Shown here: one piece after another, positions 51,276 through 61,547 of the stretch | How the letters are laid out: each line of letters begins with the position of its first letter | How positions within the stretch are numbered: position 1 is the stretch's first letter | Source: Myxococcota bacterium | GTDB taxonomy: Bacteria; Myxococcota_A; UBA796; GCA-2862545 | Length of the DNA: 64,000 nt | NCBI GenBank assembly: GCA_039208735.1 | Contig: JBCCQY010000006.1 | Coordinates: forward strand, 1 to 64,000 | Direction of reading: 5' to 3' | The notes under the pieces: generated by a model | Told to the model about the DNA's origin: nothing | Database searches by the model: none | Seen by the model: only the letters and a program-made list of their open reading frames with translations | Position numbers and translations under genes: made by a program

Positions 51276-51879
51276 CGAGCACTCCTGTGATGAGACCATC
51301 GCGGCGATGGTCGGCGTGCCCCGACGTAGCTGAAGGGGGTTTGGGGCTGCAAGTCCGACAGTTGGTCGATTCACCGCGCAGCCGGAGTACCACGGCCGCC
51401 ATCCCCCATCCCACCAACAGGAGGGCAAACGCGTCGAACCACCAGGGTGAGATGCCGAGTAACGTCGCCACTGCGAGGCCCGCCGGGGTCACACAACATA
51501 GAGCAAGGCCCGCCGCGCCCAACAGCGGCGGGACCGCAGGGCGCCACCAAGATCTACGGGGGGCTGAGTTCAGTTCGGGCAAGTCCGGAAGCCAGGAGGC
51601 GAGGAAGGCCTTGGTTCCCCTCGGTCCGCGAATGATGAGCTGGACCGGGCCTTGGTGAGCGGGAGCCCTCAGCTCGAAGTCTAGATCGCGGCAACACTGA
51701 CGTTCTGCTTCGACGAGTTCAGCCAGCGCGAGCCATGCGGTCGCATCGGGAATCTCAAACCGTACCTTCCGGTCCGTGCCCGCGACTCGAGGCCGATGGA
51801 GGACCAGCTTTTCCTTGAGCCACGCACGGCGGGAGGGGGCTTCTGAATCCGGAAGGGAACACGATGGACCTGACATCAA
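51202..51879 (-). CDS. Cys-rich membrane protein: soluble CSL/ERQCC domain fused to a MerF-like two-TM module
   Basis: SCSL; AERQCC; ALCCVTP; CRTC; AGGAGG RBS. Confidence 0.65.
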   Translation of the reverse strand: MMSGPSCSLPDSEAPSRRAWLKEKLVLHRPRVAGTDRKVRFEIPDATAWLALAELVEAERQCCRDLDFELRAPAHQGPVQLIIRGPRGTKAFLASWLPDLPELNSAPRRSWWRPAVPPLLGAAGLALCCVTPAGLAVATLLGISPWWFDAFALLLVGWGMAAVVLRLRGESTNCRTCSPKPPSATSGHADHRRDGLITGVLDDPQDGANRHPGHGSAGHRQPDVS

Positions 51880-51899
51880 GCCTCCTGGGGTATGAGGCT

Positions 51900-51930
51900 A
51901 CCGTCACACTTCAAGTTCACTTTAAGTCAA
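51900..51930 (-). promoter_or_regulatory. MerR-type promoter with SoxR-like dyad
   Basis: Minus strand TTGACT, 19-bp spacer, GACGGT; dyad ACTTCAAGTTCACTTTAAGT (51908-51927) resembles the SoxR box CCTCAAGTTAACTTGAGG. Confidence 0.75.
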
Positions 51931-51939
51931 GGTCACGAG

Positions 51940-52347
51940 ATGTCCAGACGCGAGCTTCTCACGGTGGGAGATGTGGCCCAAGCCGCAGGAATGGCCCCTT
52001 CAGCCGTTCGCTATTACGAATCCATCGGGTTGTTGCCTCGGCCCGAGCGGCGCGGGGGGTGGCGTCGGTACGACCCGTCGGTGGTTGAGCGCATTCGACT
52101 CATCCAGGCCGCTACCCGGGCGGGTTTTCGCCTCGAGGAGGCAAAGATCCTCCTCGATGCCATGGATGCTGGCGATGTGAATCCGATGGCCGAGCTGGCT
52201 CGAGCCCGGTTGCCCGAACTCGAAGCGTCGCTCGCACGATTGCAGGGCATGGTGGCTCTCATGCGCATGGCTTCAGATTGTCGCTGCCCTTCGTTGGCCG
52301 ACTGTGCGGAGCTTCTGACGCAAACTCCTGACGGGCCACCACGCTGA
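51940..52347 (+). CDS. MerR family regulator, SoxR-like
   Basis: LTVGDVA...SAVRYYESIGLL...GGWRRY; C-terminal CRCPSLADC. Confidence 0.9.
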   Translation: MSRRELLTVGDVAQAAGMAPSAVRYYESIGLLPRPERRGGWRRYDPSVVERIRLIQAATRAGFRLEEAKILLDAMDAGDVNPMAELARARLPELEASLARLQGMVALMRMASDCRCPSLADCAELLTQTPDGPPR

Positions 52348-52368
52348 CGAGGGCCACGGAACGAGCGT

Positions 52369-55300
52369 TCATGTGGTTGGTGAATCCACTTCGTCGAGCA
52401 GGCGTGCCGCAACTTGAAGCTCCTGCACGACCTCGGCCGATTCCAAAATCTCGAGGTCGCGCACCTTCGACCATCCTTGGTCGAGCGCGGTCCGTCCTTT
52501 CTCAACGTCGCCCACCCGAGCCTCGAGCACCGCGTGGCAGGCGTGCAACGTCGCGAGTGCGGTGGGATCCTTGATGCTTCCGATCAGCGCCTCACTCTGC
52601 GCAATCAAGGCTCGACCCGTCTCGATGTCGGATTGCAGGCGTGCGTTCAAGGCAAGCAGGTACCCAAATTCTCGTGGGCGGGAGCGCGGTCTCGTGAGCG
52701 CCACCGCATCGGTATACCGCTGGTTCGCTTCCTCGAACCGCTCTTGTCGTTCGTAGAGGCGTCCCAGAAAGCCGTAGGTCATTCCGGTCAGGGTCGCGTT
52801 GCTACCGGCCTCTGCCGTTTCAACCGCCTTGGTCAGCCAGGTCTCTGCTTCGTCGAGCCGACCCATCAAACGCAGCGTCGAACCAAGGTTCATCGCTGTG
52901 ACACACAGGACTACGGGGCTTTTCAGGGTCTGGGCGCCCTTGTGGGCTCGCCGAAGCTGGGTCTCCGCCTCGGCGAGGCGACCGATGCGGAGGTCCAGTT
53001 CGCCGAGGTTTGCCGTCCAAACCACCTCACTGCTCCGATTTCCCGTCGCTCGGCTACGCTCGAGGGCCTCCTGAAAGCACGACGTCGCTTCTGCGAAATC
53101 TCCTTGTTGGATGGCGATGTTTCCGACGTTTCCAATCCAGTCGGGCAAGCCGCGCAAGTCTCCAACTTCACGACATTGGGCAATCGTACGTTGGTACCAG
53201 GTGCGGGCCTCGGACAAACGGCCCTGTTTTTGGCACATGGTGCCGTAGTGCCCGTAGAGCGTACCGATTTCGTTCGTTTCAGGCTCATCGGCATGCTCGG
53301 CGAGGGCCAATGCTTCCCGATAAAGGGTTTCGGCATCGTCGACCTCAGCTCGAAGGAGCGCGATTTTTCCCGCCCGCGCGAGGGGCAGGAGGAGCGTACT
53401 TGGGGAGCCGTCGCGTCGAGCGACTTCGAGCGCTTCGTCGAGGTAGGTTTGCGCAGCATCGATCTGCATTCGGCCACGGTTGAAGTCCGACAGGCTGCTG
53501 AGCGCGTACACGAGTTCAAACGTTGAGCCACTCGCCCGTGCGGCTTCGACGGCTTGCTGAATGAGGTCAGAGAATCCCGGTGCGCCGGTGATGTGTCGGA
53601 GTTCGGCCGCGCCACGGAGCAGCGCGGCCCGAAAGGCGGGCTCGGTGAGGTGGTCGAGCAGGTGGTCGACGAAGGTGCGCCCAACCTCGAAGGGACCGAA
53701 GTGGCGGAACAATACCGAAGCCACCTGGGCACAACGGCCCGCCACGGCGTGGTCGCCTCGGGCGAGGGCTCGATCGGTCGCAACCAAGAAGTTCTCGCGG
53801 TCCGCATCCAGTTCCCGCAAGGGCCGGTAGGCCCCTTTGCCGTCTCGAGACGGCATCAAGGTTTGCCGGTCGGCAAGTGACGCAAACCACACTCCATGGC
53901 GGATCGCAGCCGCTGCCCCGCCATCGTTCGTGCGGGGTTCGCCCGCCAGCTTGGCCGCCGCAAACTCCCGGACGCTGACCAACATTCGGAGCCGGTCTCC
54001 GTCCGTCATCACGAGGCCCTTGTTCGCGAGTTCGAAGATGACATCCTCAACCCAACCGGCCTCACTGCGGAGTTCGACCACTGCCTGGGCTGCCTCGAGC
54101 GTAAAGCCCCCCTCGAACAACGAGAGCTGGGCGAGCGCGAACCGCTGGTCTTCCGTCAGCAGCTCCCAGCTCCACTGCAACGTCGCCCACAGGGTGCGCT
54201 GCCGCTCCGGGATGTCCTTGGTGGGGCTCTTGAGGACATCAAATCGCCGGGTCAGGCGTGAAAGCAAAGCGACCGGCGACAACAAACGGCTCCGCGCGGC
54301 CGCAAGTTCGATGGCGAGCGGAAGTCGATCGAGAAGGCGGACCAATCGCCGAACATCGGCCTGTTGTCCTTCGAGGGTGAACTGGGCGTTTGCTTCCCTG
54401 GCCCGCTCCGTGAACAGCGCCACTGCCTCTGCTTCATCGAGCAGCTCCAGGACGAATCCCTGCTCTCCGTAGAGTTCGAGAGGGGCGCGACTCGTGACGA
54501 GAACGTGCAGTTCCGGCACGCGGTTGAGCCACTGCCCGACCGTCTCGGCCGCATGCGTGACCACCTGTTCGAAGTTGTCGAGCACGAGGAGCGTAGGGCC
54601 TCGGCGAGTGAGCGTTTCGATAAGGCGGTCGTGGACGTCCCCGAGCAACGGCATTCCGAGGGCGCGGGCCGTCGCCTCGACGATGCCATCGGCTGTGCGC
54701 ACATCGGCAAGTGAGACGAAGGGAATCCCCCCAGGCCAATCGGGCTCGATCCGGCGACCGAGTTCGACGGCAAGTCGGGTTTTGCCGAGCCCTCCTACGC
54801 CAAGAATGGTCACCAATCGGTTCGATGCGACTAGCGCCTGGACCTTCGCCAACGTCGATTGGCGGCCTACGAATCGGTTCCGGTCGAACGAAGGGTACGC
54901 TCCTGAGGCGGGACTGGATGCCGGTTGGAGCGGGCGCTGCAGCAGCACGCCATCGGGAGCCTGCCAGAGGCGTCGAAGCGTGGCGCAGTTCTCGGGACGA
55001 TTCGCAGGTAGGGACTGAAGGGCCGCGGCGATCGCGCCCCGCCATCGCTCGGGCAGGTCTTGGGGAATCGCAGGCCGCCGGCCGGACAGAACGGACTGGA
55101 TGGTCTCGCCGTTGTCGCTTCCTGCGAAGGCCTCCCGGCCGGCCACGACCCGGTACAGCAGGCAGCCCAAGGACCAAACGTCCGAACGCTCATCGACGGT
55201 ACGTGCATCACGAATGTGCTCGGGTGCCATGTAGGCAAGCGTCCCGATCAGCGCGCCGGTCTGGGTCAGTCCCGGCGTATCGCCACCCCGGGGCCGCGCG

Positions 55301-55989
55301 ATTCCAAAGTCCGCCACTTTGGGGACGAGATGGCCGCCTTCGAGGCCGAGCAGCACATTGCTTGGCTTGATGTCGCGGTGAATGATGCCCGACTCGTGGA
55401 TGGCTTGAACCCCCGCCAAGACGCCAAGGGCGATGGCATCGACCTGAGCCTCGGTGAGGAGGGGGTGCGCTCGCAGATAGTCTTCGAGGTCGGGACCATC
55501 GACCAGCTCCGTGACCAGCGCCTGCCGCCCGTCGATCTCAAGGCCCCCCTGGACTGCGACCACGTTGTGATGGTGGACCTGTTCCTGGACAAGGCGCTCC
55601 CTCTGCATGCGGGCTCGGACTGAGGCGTGGGAGTGCTCGAGAATCTTGAGCGCATGCCGGGAGCGAAGCTTTGTGTCCCAGACCTTCCACACCGACGCCG
55701 TCCCGCCGCGCCCGAGCAGCCCTCGCACCTCGTAGCGACCGTGGAGGACGGTGCCGAGTTCGAGCTCGAGGGGCCGCCACGCAAGGTCCAACGACCCCCC
55801 GACGAGTTCCGCAAACGCATCCTCGAATGTGACCGGCGCAGACTCGTCATCGAGGAGCCGTACGACAAAGTCGCGAAGCCCCCGATTGTCGCCGCAGGCC
55901 TCGTCGAGAACCTGGTTGCGAGCGCCCGGGTCAAGGTCTGCGACTTTGATGTAAATCGTGTAGGCGCGTTGGTAGTCCGTAGCGTTCAT
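52369..55989 (-). CDS. Ser/Thr kinase + STAND (NB-ARC-like) ATPase + TPR protein
   Basis: GRGG; ALK; HRDIKPSN; DFG; APE; GVGGLGKTRLA; LLVLDNFE; LPLAIELAA; TPRs. Confidence 0.95.
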   Translation of the reverse strand: MNATDYQRAYTIYIKVADLDPGARNQVLDEACGDNRGLRDFVVRLLDDESAPVTFEDAFAELVGGSLDLAWRPLELELGTVLHGRYEVRGLLGRGGTASVWKVWDTKLRSRHALKILEHSHASVRARMQRERLVQEQVHHHNVVAVQGGLEIDGRQALVTELVDGPDLEDYLRAHPLLTEAQVDAIALGVLAGVQAIHESGIIHRDIKPSNVLLGLEGGHLVPKVADFGIARPRGGDTPGLTQTGALIGTLAYMAPEHIRDARTVDERSDVWSLGCLLYRVVAGREAFAGSDNGETIQSVLSGRRPAIPQDLPERWRGAIAAALQSLPANRPENCATLRRLWQAPDGVLLQRPLQPASSPASGAYPSFDRNRFVGRQSTLAKVQALVASNRLVTILGVGGLGKTRLAVELGRRIEPDWPGGIPFVSLADVRTADGIVEATARALGMPLLGDVHDRLIETLTRRGPTLLVLDNFEQVVTHAAETVGQWLNRVPELHVLVTSRAPLELYGEQGFVLELLDEAEAVALFTERAREANAQFTLEGQQADVRRLVRLLDRLPLAIELAAARSRLLSPVALLSRLTRRFDVLKSPTKDIPERQRTLWATLQWSWELLTEDQRFALAQLSLFEGGFTLEAAQAVVELRSEAGWVEDVIFELANKGLVMTDGDRLRMLVSVREFAAAKLAGEPRTNDGGAAAAIRHGVWFASLADRQTLMPSRDGKGAYRPLRELDADRENFLVATDRALARGDHAVAGRCAQVASVLFRHFGPFEVGRTFVDHLLDHLTEPAFRAALLRGAAELRHITGAPGFSDLIQQAVEAARASGSTFELVYALSSLSDFNRGRMQIDAAQTYLDEALEVARRDGSPSTLLLPLARAGKIALLRAEVDDAETLYREALALAEHADEPETNEIGTLYGHYGTMCQKQGRLSEARTWYQRTIAQCREVGDLRGLPDWIGNVGNIAIQQGDFAEATSCFQEALERSRATGNRSSEVVWTANLGELDLRIGRLAEAETQLRRAHKGAQTLKSPVVLCVTAMNLGSTLRLMGRLDEAETWLTKAVETAEAGSNATLTGMTYGFLGRLYERQERFEEANQRYTDAVALTRPRSRPREFGYLLALNARLQSDIETGRALIAQSEALIGSIKDPTALATLHACHAVLEARVGDVEKGRTALDQGWSKVRDLEILESAEVVQELQVAARLLDEVDSPTT

Positions 55990-56266
55990 CGCCCGTGTTC
56001 CTATTCTGAAACCCTCTGCGAAGGGCGATCGGACTCAACCGGCGACACCCCTTCGCAACCGAGTGAGGCTGGGCAGGGCTGGCGTGTGACATGTCGCTAG
56101 GCACTGCCATCATCGTGCTTTCGTCCTGACGAACGAATGAGTGGAAGGCTGAGAGACGAGGTTCAAGCCCGATCGGACATCCGTCAGCTCTTTTCGGGGA
56201 AATCGACTGCGGGCGGCTTACGGTCCACCCGCGTGTCGCTTTCATGACGCGGAAGGTGAAGATCCA

Positions 56267-57040
56267 ATGGTTGTTGCACTCCTGTCGTTGTTGTCCAATC
56301 CCGCTTCCGCCCGCGAGGCATTCCTCACTCCGATGGGAGCCATCGCAGGTCCGTGGGCGACGGTCACCCTAAATGACGGTTCCACCGTGACCGGCAAGCC
56401 CAACGCGAAGGGGAAGGGCTTAGGCAACATCAAGAAGATCACCATCAAGTCGCCAGAGGGGGGCAAGGTCAAGCTCACCGCGGCGGACGTGAAGCGCATT
56501 GAACTCGAACCCGGCAAGATGGCGAAGCTTGCCACCACGGCGGCGGGCATGGGTTCGGTGTCTGAAATGGTCCAGCAGGACCATTCAGAGGCTTTCAAAC
56601 GCAACGTCGCGATCTATCTGCCGGCTCGGTACCCCAACGGAAAGTTGTTGCTCGCCCAGCTCCTCAATCCGGGAATGGACGCCATGATTGAGGTTTTCCC
56701 CGACCCCAAGGGCAAGGAGACTGGCGGCATCGCGGTTGGTGGTGTCCAGGCGACCGGTGGCGTGCTCAAGACCTACCTTGTGCGCAAGAAGGGCGAAATG
56801 GACACAGTGCTCATCAAGAAGAACAAGGCGGATGAGGCGTGGGATCTGCTCTTCTCCGATTGCTCGTCGATGAAGCGTCCCGAAAAGTTGGGCTGGAAAG
56901 ACCTTCCGGCGCAGGTGCGGATCCATCAGGACGTCTGCGGTCCAAAGCCCGAGCCGGTGGAAGCGCCGATGGACGAGGCGGAACCTACGGTCGAAGAGGA
57001 CCAGGACGACTCAGAGACCGCGCAGGCCGACGGGGAGTGA
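56267..57040 (+). CDS. Secreted Lys-rich hypothetical protein
   Basis: Signal ending ASA; acidic tail. Confidence 0.7.
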   Translation: MVVALLSLLSNPASAREAFLTPMGAIAGPWATVTLNDGSTVTGKPNAKGKGLGNIKKITIKSPEGGKVKLTAADVKRIELEPGKMAKLATTAAGMGSVSEMVQQDHSEAFKRNVAIYLPARYPNGKLLLAQLLNPGMDAMIEVFPDPKGKETGGIAVGGVQATGGVLKTYLVRKKGEMDTVLIKKNKADEAWDLLFSDCSSMKRPEKLGWKDLPAQVRIHQDVCGPKPEPVEAPMDEAEPTVEEDQDDSETAQADGE

Positions 57041-57152
57041 TCCACCGGTCGTGATTGCCCATTCAGCATCGATCGTGGTCTGGCCTAGATGAACCGTGCT
57101 AGAGCGCTTCACCGGGAACTCGGGTCGTTCGCGTCCGGAAAAGGGGGCTTGC

Positions 57153-58814
57153 ATGGGTTGGGTTGGAGTTCGTGTGCTTTGGTCGACGCTGCCGCTGCTT
57201 GCCGGATCCGTTGTGGGTTGCGGGGGCGCCATTGTCGATCCCGAGACTCCACCTGGAACGGGCGAGACCGGACCCGGTGAGGTTGGAGGTTCCGAAACGG
57301 GAGGCGACGACACCGGGGGAGACCCTGGTTCGACCGTGCCCGTGGCCTACTATCGAGTGGCTTCTCGAGGCATCTACGCGGCCCCCCTTGATCAGACGGA
57401 AGATGCCACCCGGTTGACCCCACCGTTGGTGGTCGGCGGAGCGGTCCTCGGGTTCGATGTCAACACGACTTCGGGCCGCTTGGTGTATATCGCCGAGCAA
57501 GAGCAAGACGGAGTGCCAGAACTCTACAGGAGTGACCTGGCGGGAGCCAACAACATTAAACTCAATGGACCGTTGGCCCTCCGTTCGAGCATCGGACGTT
57601 TTGAGTGGAATCCAGCCGGTAGCCACGTGGTGTACTCGGTTCGGCAAGTGATGGATCTCTCTTTTCCGACCTTAGAGTTGTACGGCAATGCACTGGATGG
57701 AACCGACAACTTGGCCCTCCATGGGTCGCTGGTACGCGGGGGTGAAATCTTCAATTTCGCCCTAAGCTCGGACGGGAGCCGTGTCGTATATCGGGCCGAC
57801 CAGAACACCGACGGGGTCATCGAGCTGTTTAACAGCACGCTGGACGGGACGGAGCGCCTTCGGCTAAACGAGCAGTTGGTGCCGGGTGGTAATGTGAGTT
57901 CCTTTGTCCTGAGTCCTGACGGGAGTCGTGTGGTGTACCGGGCCGACCAGGACACGCAGGGCGTCTCCGAACTCTACTCCAAGGCGTTCGACGGAACGGA
58001 CGTCGTGAAACTCAATGGGCCGCTGGTGGCCGGCGGCAACGTGCGATCCTTTTTGGTGAGTCAGGATGGGAGCCGTGTGGTGTACCTGGCGGACCAAGAT
58101 ACGGCCGGTACGTTTGAACTGTACAGCAGCGCGACCGACGGCACGGACAACGTGCGACTCAATGGGTCGTTGGTGTCTGCGGGCGATGTGAGCCCCGCCA
58201 ACAACGCGTTTGTCATCAGTCCCGATGGGAGTCGCGTCGTGTACCTGGCGGATCAGGAAACCGATCAACGCCCGGAGCTGTACAGCAGCCGGATTGACGG
58301 CACGGACAACGTGAAAATCAGCGGGCCGCTGGTGTATAATGGCCAGATTGATGTCGGCTTCTCGGTGAGTCCAGACGGGAGCCGTGTGGTCTATCGGGCT
58401 GTCCAGGACACCGTCGATACCATCGAGTTGTATAGCAGTGCGTTGAATGGAACCGACAACGTGCAGTTGAACGGACCGTTGGTGCCTGGTGGTGGCGTGA
58501 TTTCCTTTGCCGTGAGTCCAGACAGCCGTCGTGTCGTGTACCGGGCCGATCAGGATGTCGTCGGGATGAGCGAACTCTACAGCAGCGCGTTGGACGGGAC
58601 GGACAACGTTCGGCTTAACGGGCCGCTTGTGCCTGACGGTAATGTCGAGCGTTTTGTCATCACGGAGGACGGGAGCCGGGTGGTATACTTGGCTGACCAG
58701 GACACCGACGAAATCCTAGAACTCTACAGCAGCGCGATGGATGGCACGGACAACCGACGACACAATGCGTCGCTGCCTGGAGACTTGGGCATCGACGACT
58801 TCATCGTTCGGTGA
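57153..58814 (+). CDS. Beta-propeller (TolB/PD40-like repeat) lipoprotein
   Basis: VVGC lipobox; nine ~49-aa repeats FxxSPDGSRVVYxADQDTxxxxELYSxxxDG. Confidence 0.85.
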   Translation: MGWVGVRVLWSTLPLLAGSVVGCGGAIVDPETPPGTGETGPGEVGGSETGGDDTGGDPGSTVPVAYYRVASRGIYAAPLDQTEDATRLTPPLVVGGAVLGFDVNTTSGRLVYIAEQEQDGVPELYRSDLAGANNIKLNGPLALRSSIGRFEWNPAGSHVVYSVRQVMDLSFPTLELYGNALDGTDNLALHGSLVRGGEIFNFALSSDGSRVVYRADQNTDGVIELFNSTLDGTERLRLNEQLVPGGNVSSFVLSPDGSRVVYRADQDTQGVSELYSKAFDGTDVVKLNGPLVAGGNVRSFLVSQDGSRVVYLADQDTAGTFELYSSATDGTDNVRLNGSLVSAGDVSPANNAFVISPDGSRVVYLADQETDQRPELYSSRIDGTDNVKISGPLVYNGQIDVGFSVSPDGSRVVYRAVQDTVDTIELYSSALNGTDNVQLNGPLVPGGGVISFAVSPDSRRVVYRADQDVVGMSELYSSALDGTDNVRLNGPLVPDGNVERFVITEDGSRVVYLADQDTDEILELYSSAMDGTDNRRHNASLPGDLGIDDFIVR

Positions 58815-59530
58815 ACTCCGGTGGGTTGGCTAAACAGGGGGTCGGAGATCCCAGCGTGCCAAAGAACCCCCGCGTCGGACGGGTCGGTAAGCGACTCAAG
58901 ACCCGAGACAGCTTGCTTATCGCCACCCAACAACTGCTGCTCGAGAAGCCCGCATCCGAGATCTCGATTCGAGAAATCACCGATCGAGCTGGGGTCGTAC
59001 ATGCGACGTTCTACAACTACTACCGGACGACCGGCGCAGCCTTCGAGGCGGTGAGCCTCTTGCTGTTTGCTGCGTATGGCGACGTCATCGAACGCACAGT
59101 GGCCGACATCACCGATCCGGCAGAGCGGGTCGCGGCTTCCTCGCGTCAGACCATGCGCGTCGTGAGTCAAAGCCCCCGGTTGGGTAAGCTGCTGTTCGAT
59201 TCCGGGCTTAGTACCGCACCGTTGTTGGAGGGCGTCCGGGCTCGCATTAGCGACGATGTCCGTATGGGGCTCGAGGCTGGCCGCTTCAAGGTCGACAATC
59301 TGGAGCTTGTCATCTCCGCCGCGGCCGCCCTGGGGCTTGGGGTCGCGATCGATGTGTATGAGGGCCGACTGACGGGGCTCTCCGCCGAGGCCGTCGCAGG
59401 GATGGTTCTAAGCATCCTCGGGGTCCCCGACGAAGAAGCCAGGGACATCCTGGCCCGACCTCTGCGGGACCACAAGATGCCAGCCGTGCCCCTGTCGCTC
59501 GTGGAACAGACGACCCGGCTCGGCGACTAG
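58811..59530 (+). CDS. TetR/AcrR regulator
   Basis: KTRDSLL; ISIREITDRAGVVHATFYNYY. Confidence 0.9.
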   Translation: MNSGGLAKQGVGDPSVPKNPRVGRVGKRLKTRDSLLIATQQLLLEKPASEISIREITDRAGVVHATFYNYYRTTGAAFEAVSLLLFAAYGDVIERTVADITDPAERVAASSRQTMRVVSQSPRLGKLLFDSGLSTAPLLEGVRARISDDVRMGLEAGRFKVDNLELVISAAAALGLGVAIDVYEGRLTGLSAEAVAGMVLSILGVPDEEARDILARPLRDHKMPAVPLSLVEQTTRLGD

Positions 59531-59606
59531 CCCCAGGGGGTGCTAGCCATTGATGCTTTGGAAGGTTGATTTTGGCTCTTGAGTTCTAAAAATTGGCACT
59601 TTCTCA

Positions 59607-59627
59607 TTTTTGAGATACTCTCAAAAA
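59607..59627. promoter_or_regulatory. 9-3-9 palindrome, putative TetR operator
   Basis: TTTTTGAGA-TAC-TCTCAAAAA just upstream of the hydrolase RBS. Confidence 0.65.
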
Positions 59628-59648
59628 AGCAACAATGGAGATGCCACC

Positions 59649-60710
59649 ATGTCCGACCTCCAAGAGATCAAGAAGCTCGTCGGTATGCTCGCCCCTCGGG
59701 CCCTCCCCAATCTCGAGTACGTTTCGTTCGAGGACTTGCGCCTGACGAATGTGCACGACAACGGTATCCGCGAAGACGCACCGATCACCTCGGATATGCG
59801 TTACCCCCGTCCTGCCGAGCTACCGCCGGGCGTCGAGAACGCGCATGGCGAAGTCGAGATGCTCGGCGATGTCGAGGCCACCCACTGGTACGTCGAAGCC
59901 GATGGTGTCACCTGGCACTTCGTGACCACCGGGGACCCGAACCGCGAGCCATTCGTCTTCGTGCACGGGTTCCCAGAGAGCTGGTACACCTTCCATCATC
60001 AAATGCGGGACCTCTCCGATCAGTTCTACTGCATCGGTGTGGATGTCATCGGAAACGGGCAAAGCGACAAACGGCTGGACTTGGACTACCGCTATGCTGC
60101 AATCGCAGCTTCGCTCGCGAAGATGTTGGACAGCATTGGTGTAGAGCGCTTCAATCTGGGCGGGCACGACCGCGGGTCGGTGATTTCAGACCATCTGTTG
60201 AATGTTGAGGGGATGGAGGGGCGGGTTCTGCGCTATGTCCGCATGCAGCAGTCCGCCAACGAGCCGCACGGCGAACCCAAGCCACCACACAAGCTGTTTG
60301 CCTCGTCATGGTTTCCGATGCTCATGCGATGGACGGGCTTCCCCCGTATTGCTTACGCGGCGAGTGCCTACCGTGTAGAGGGCATTGCACCCGAAGTGTT
60401 GGCAAGGCTGGATCACGAATGCAAATACAAAGGCATTGCGGAGGCCTGCCCTCGACAGTTCGACCACACCAGCCTGGAGCAGGAGCTTGAGGATCGGCAC
60501 GGCTTCCTCTTTGCGAAGATGACCATGCCCGTTCTGTTCCTTCAGGGGCGCAACGACCCGGGACAGCATCCTGAAGAATACGAGAAGACACCCGAGTTTG
60601 TATCGAATGGCCGGGTTCAGTTCATCGACGGCAACCACTTTTTCCAGCTGGGGGCCCCCGACGACGCGACCGCGGCGATGCGGACGTTCCTGTCCGAGCC
60701 GCTGTCCTGA
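59649..60710 (+). CDS. Epoxide hydrolase-like alpha/beta hydrolase
   Basis: HGFPESWY; GHDRG; GNHF. Confidence 0.9.
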   Translation: MSDLQEIKKLVGMLAPRALPNLEYVSFEDLRLTNVHDNGIREDAPITSDMRYPRPAELPPGVENAHGEVEMLGDVEATHWYVEADGVTWHFVTTGDPNREPFVFVHGFPESWYTFHHQMRDLSDQFYCIGVDVIGNGQSDKRLDLDYRYAAIAASLAKMLDSIGVERFNLGGHDRGSVISDHLLNVEGMEGRVLRYVRMQQSANEPHGEPKPPHKLFASSWFPMLMRWTGFPRIAYAASAYRVEGIAPEVLARLDHECKYKGIAEACPRQFDHTSLEQELEDRHGFLFAKMTMPVLFLQGRNDPGQHPEEYEKTPEFVSNGRVQFIDGNHFFQLGAPDDATAAMRTFLSEPLS

Positions 60711-60815
60711 CTCCGCGGGCGAGCGAGCCCCCGCTGCGTTCACGGCAGCCCTTTCGGGCGTGCCCCAACGACGAAGGGATGGTAGGCCCATTCGCGACAG
60801 CGCTTCATTTACGTC

Positions 60816-61547
60816 GTGATGGAGGTAACGGTGGTGTGGTTCTTGCTCGCGTGTGGCTCATCTCCAAGCCAAGGCCCTTCGGTCGCTGATCCGCATCCCG
60901 TCGATCATGCGCATGACCAGCATCGGCATCCCAACGCCGAGCATGTTCACCACGACTTCGACGACCCGGAGCGGTGGTCGAAAGTGTTCGACGACCCAGA
61001 GCGCGACGCCTGGCAGAAGCCGGATCAGGTGGTGTCTGGCCTCGATCTCCAACCGGGGATGGTGGTCGCCGACATCGGTGCCGGCACCGGCTACTTCAAC
61101 CGTCGGTTGGCCACGGCCGTGGGTGAAGCAGGCCGGGTGATCGCCATCGATGTCGGAGCCAAGTTGGTCGAACATATGAAGGAGCGGGCTGTCGAGGAGG
61201 CGACACCGCAGGTCGAGGCACGACTAACCCCGCCCGACGCCAGTGGCCTAAGGGCGGGCGAGGCCGACCGGGTGCTCATGGTCGACGTCTACCACCACAT
61301 CGAAAACCGTCCTTCCTACTTCAACGCTCTGCTGGCTGGCCTGAAGCCAGGTGGCGTTCTGACGATCGTAGATCTCACCAAAGAGGCACCCTTCGGGCCG
61401 CCGGTCGAGGCGCGGTTGACCCCTGCAGAGGTCAAGGCGGAGCTTAGCGCGGCCGGCTGGACGTTCGAGCGCGCCATTGACGGACTGCCGCATCAGTACA
61501 TGTTGCGATTCGTTCCGTCCGCCGGCGACGCAGGAGGCGGGGAGTAG
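60816..61547 (+). CDS. Class I SAM-dependent methyltransferase lipoprotein with His-rich linker (start probably 60831)
   Basis: LLAC lipobox; RDAWQKP; ADIGAGTGYF; DVYHH. Confidence 0.9.
   Translation: MMEVTVVWFLLACGSSPSQGPSVADPHPVDHAHDQHRHPNAEHVHHDFDDPERWSKVFDDPERDAWQKPDQVVSGLDLQPGMVVADIGAGTGYFNRRLATAVGEAGRVIAIDVGAKLVEHMKERAVEEATPQVEARLTPPDASGLRAGEADRVLMVDVYHHIENRPSYFNALLAGLKPGGVLTIVDLTKEAPFGPPVEARLTPAEVKAELSAAGWTFERAIDGLPHQYMLRFVPSAGDAGGGE

Noticed and set aside
57700..58760. ~147-bp repeats as a DGR or CRISPR element
   Set aside because: Coding propeller blades; no reverse transcriptase in the window and no evident adenine-specific variation
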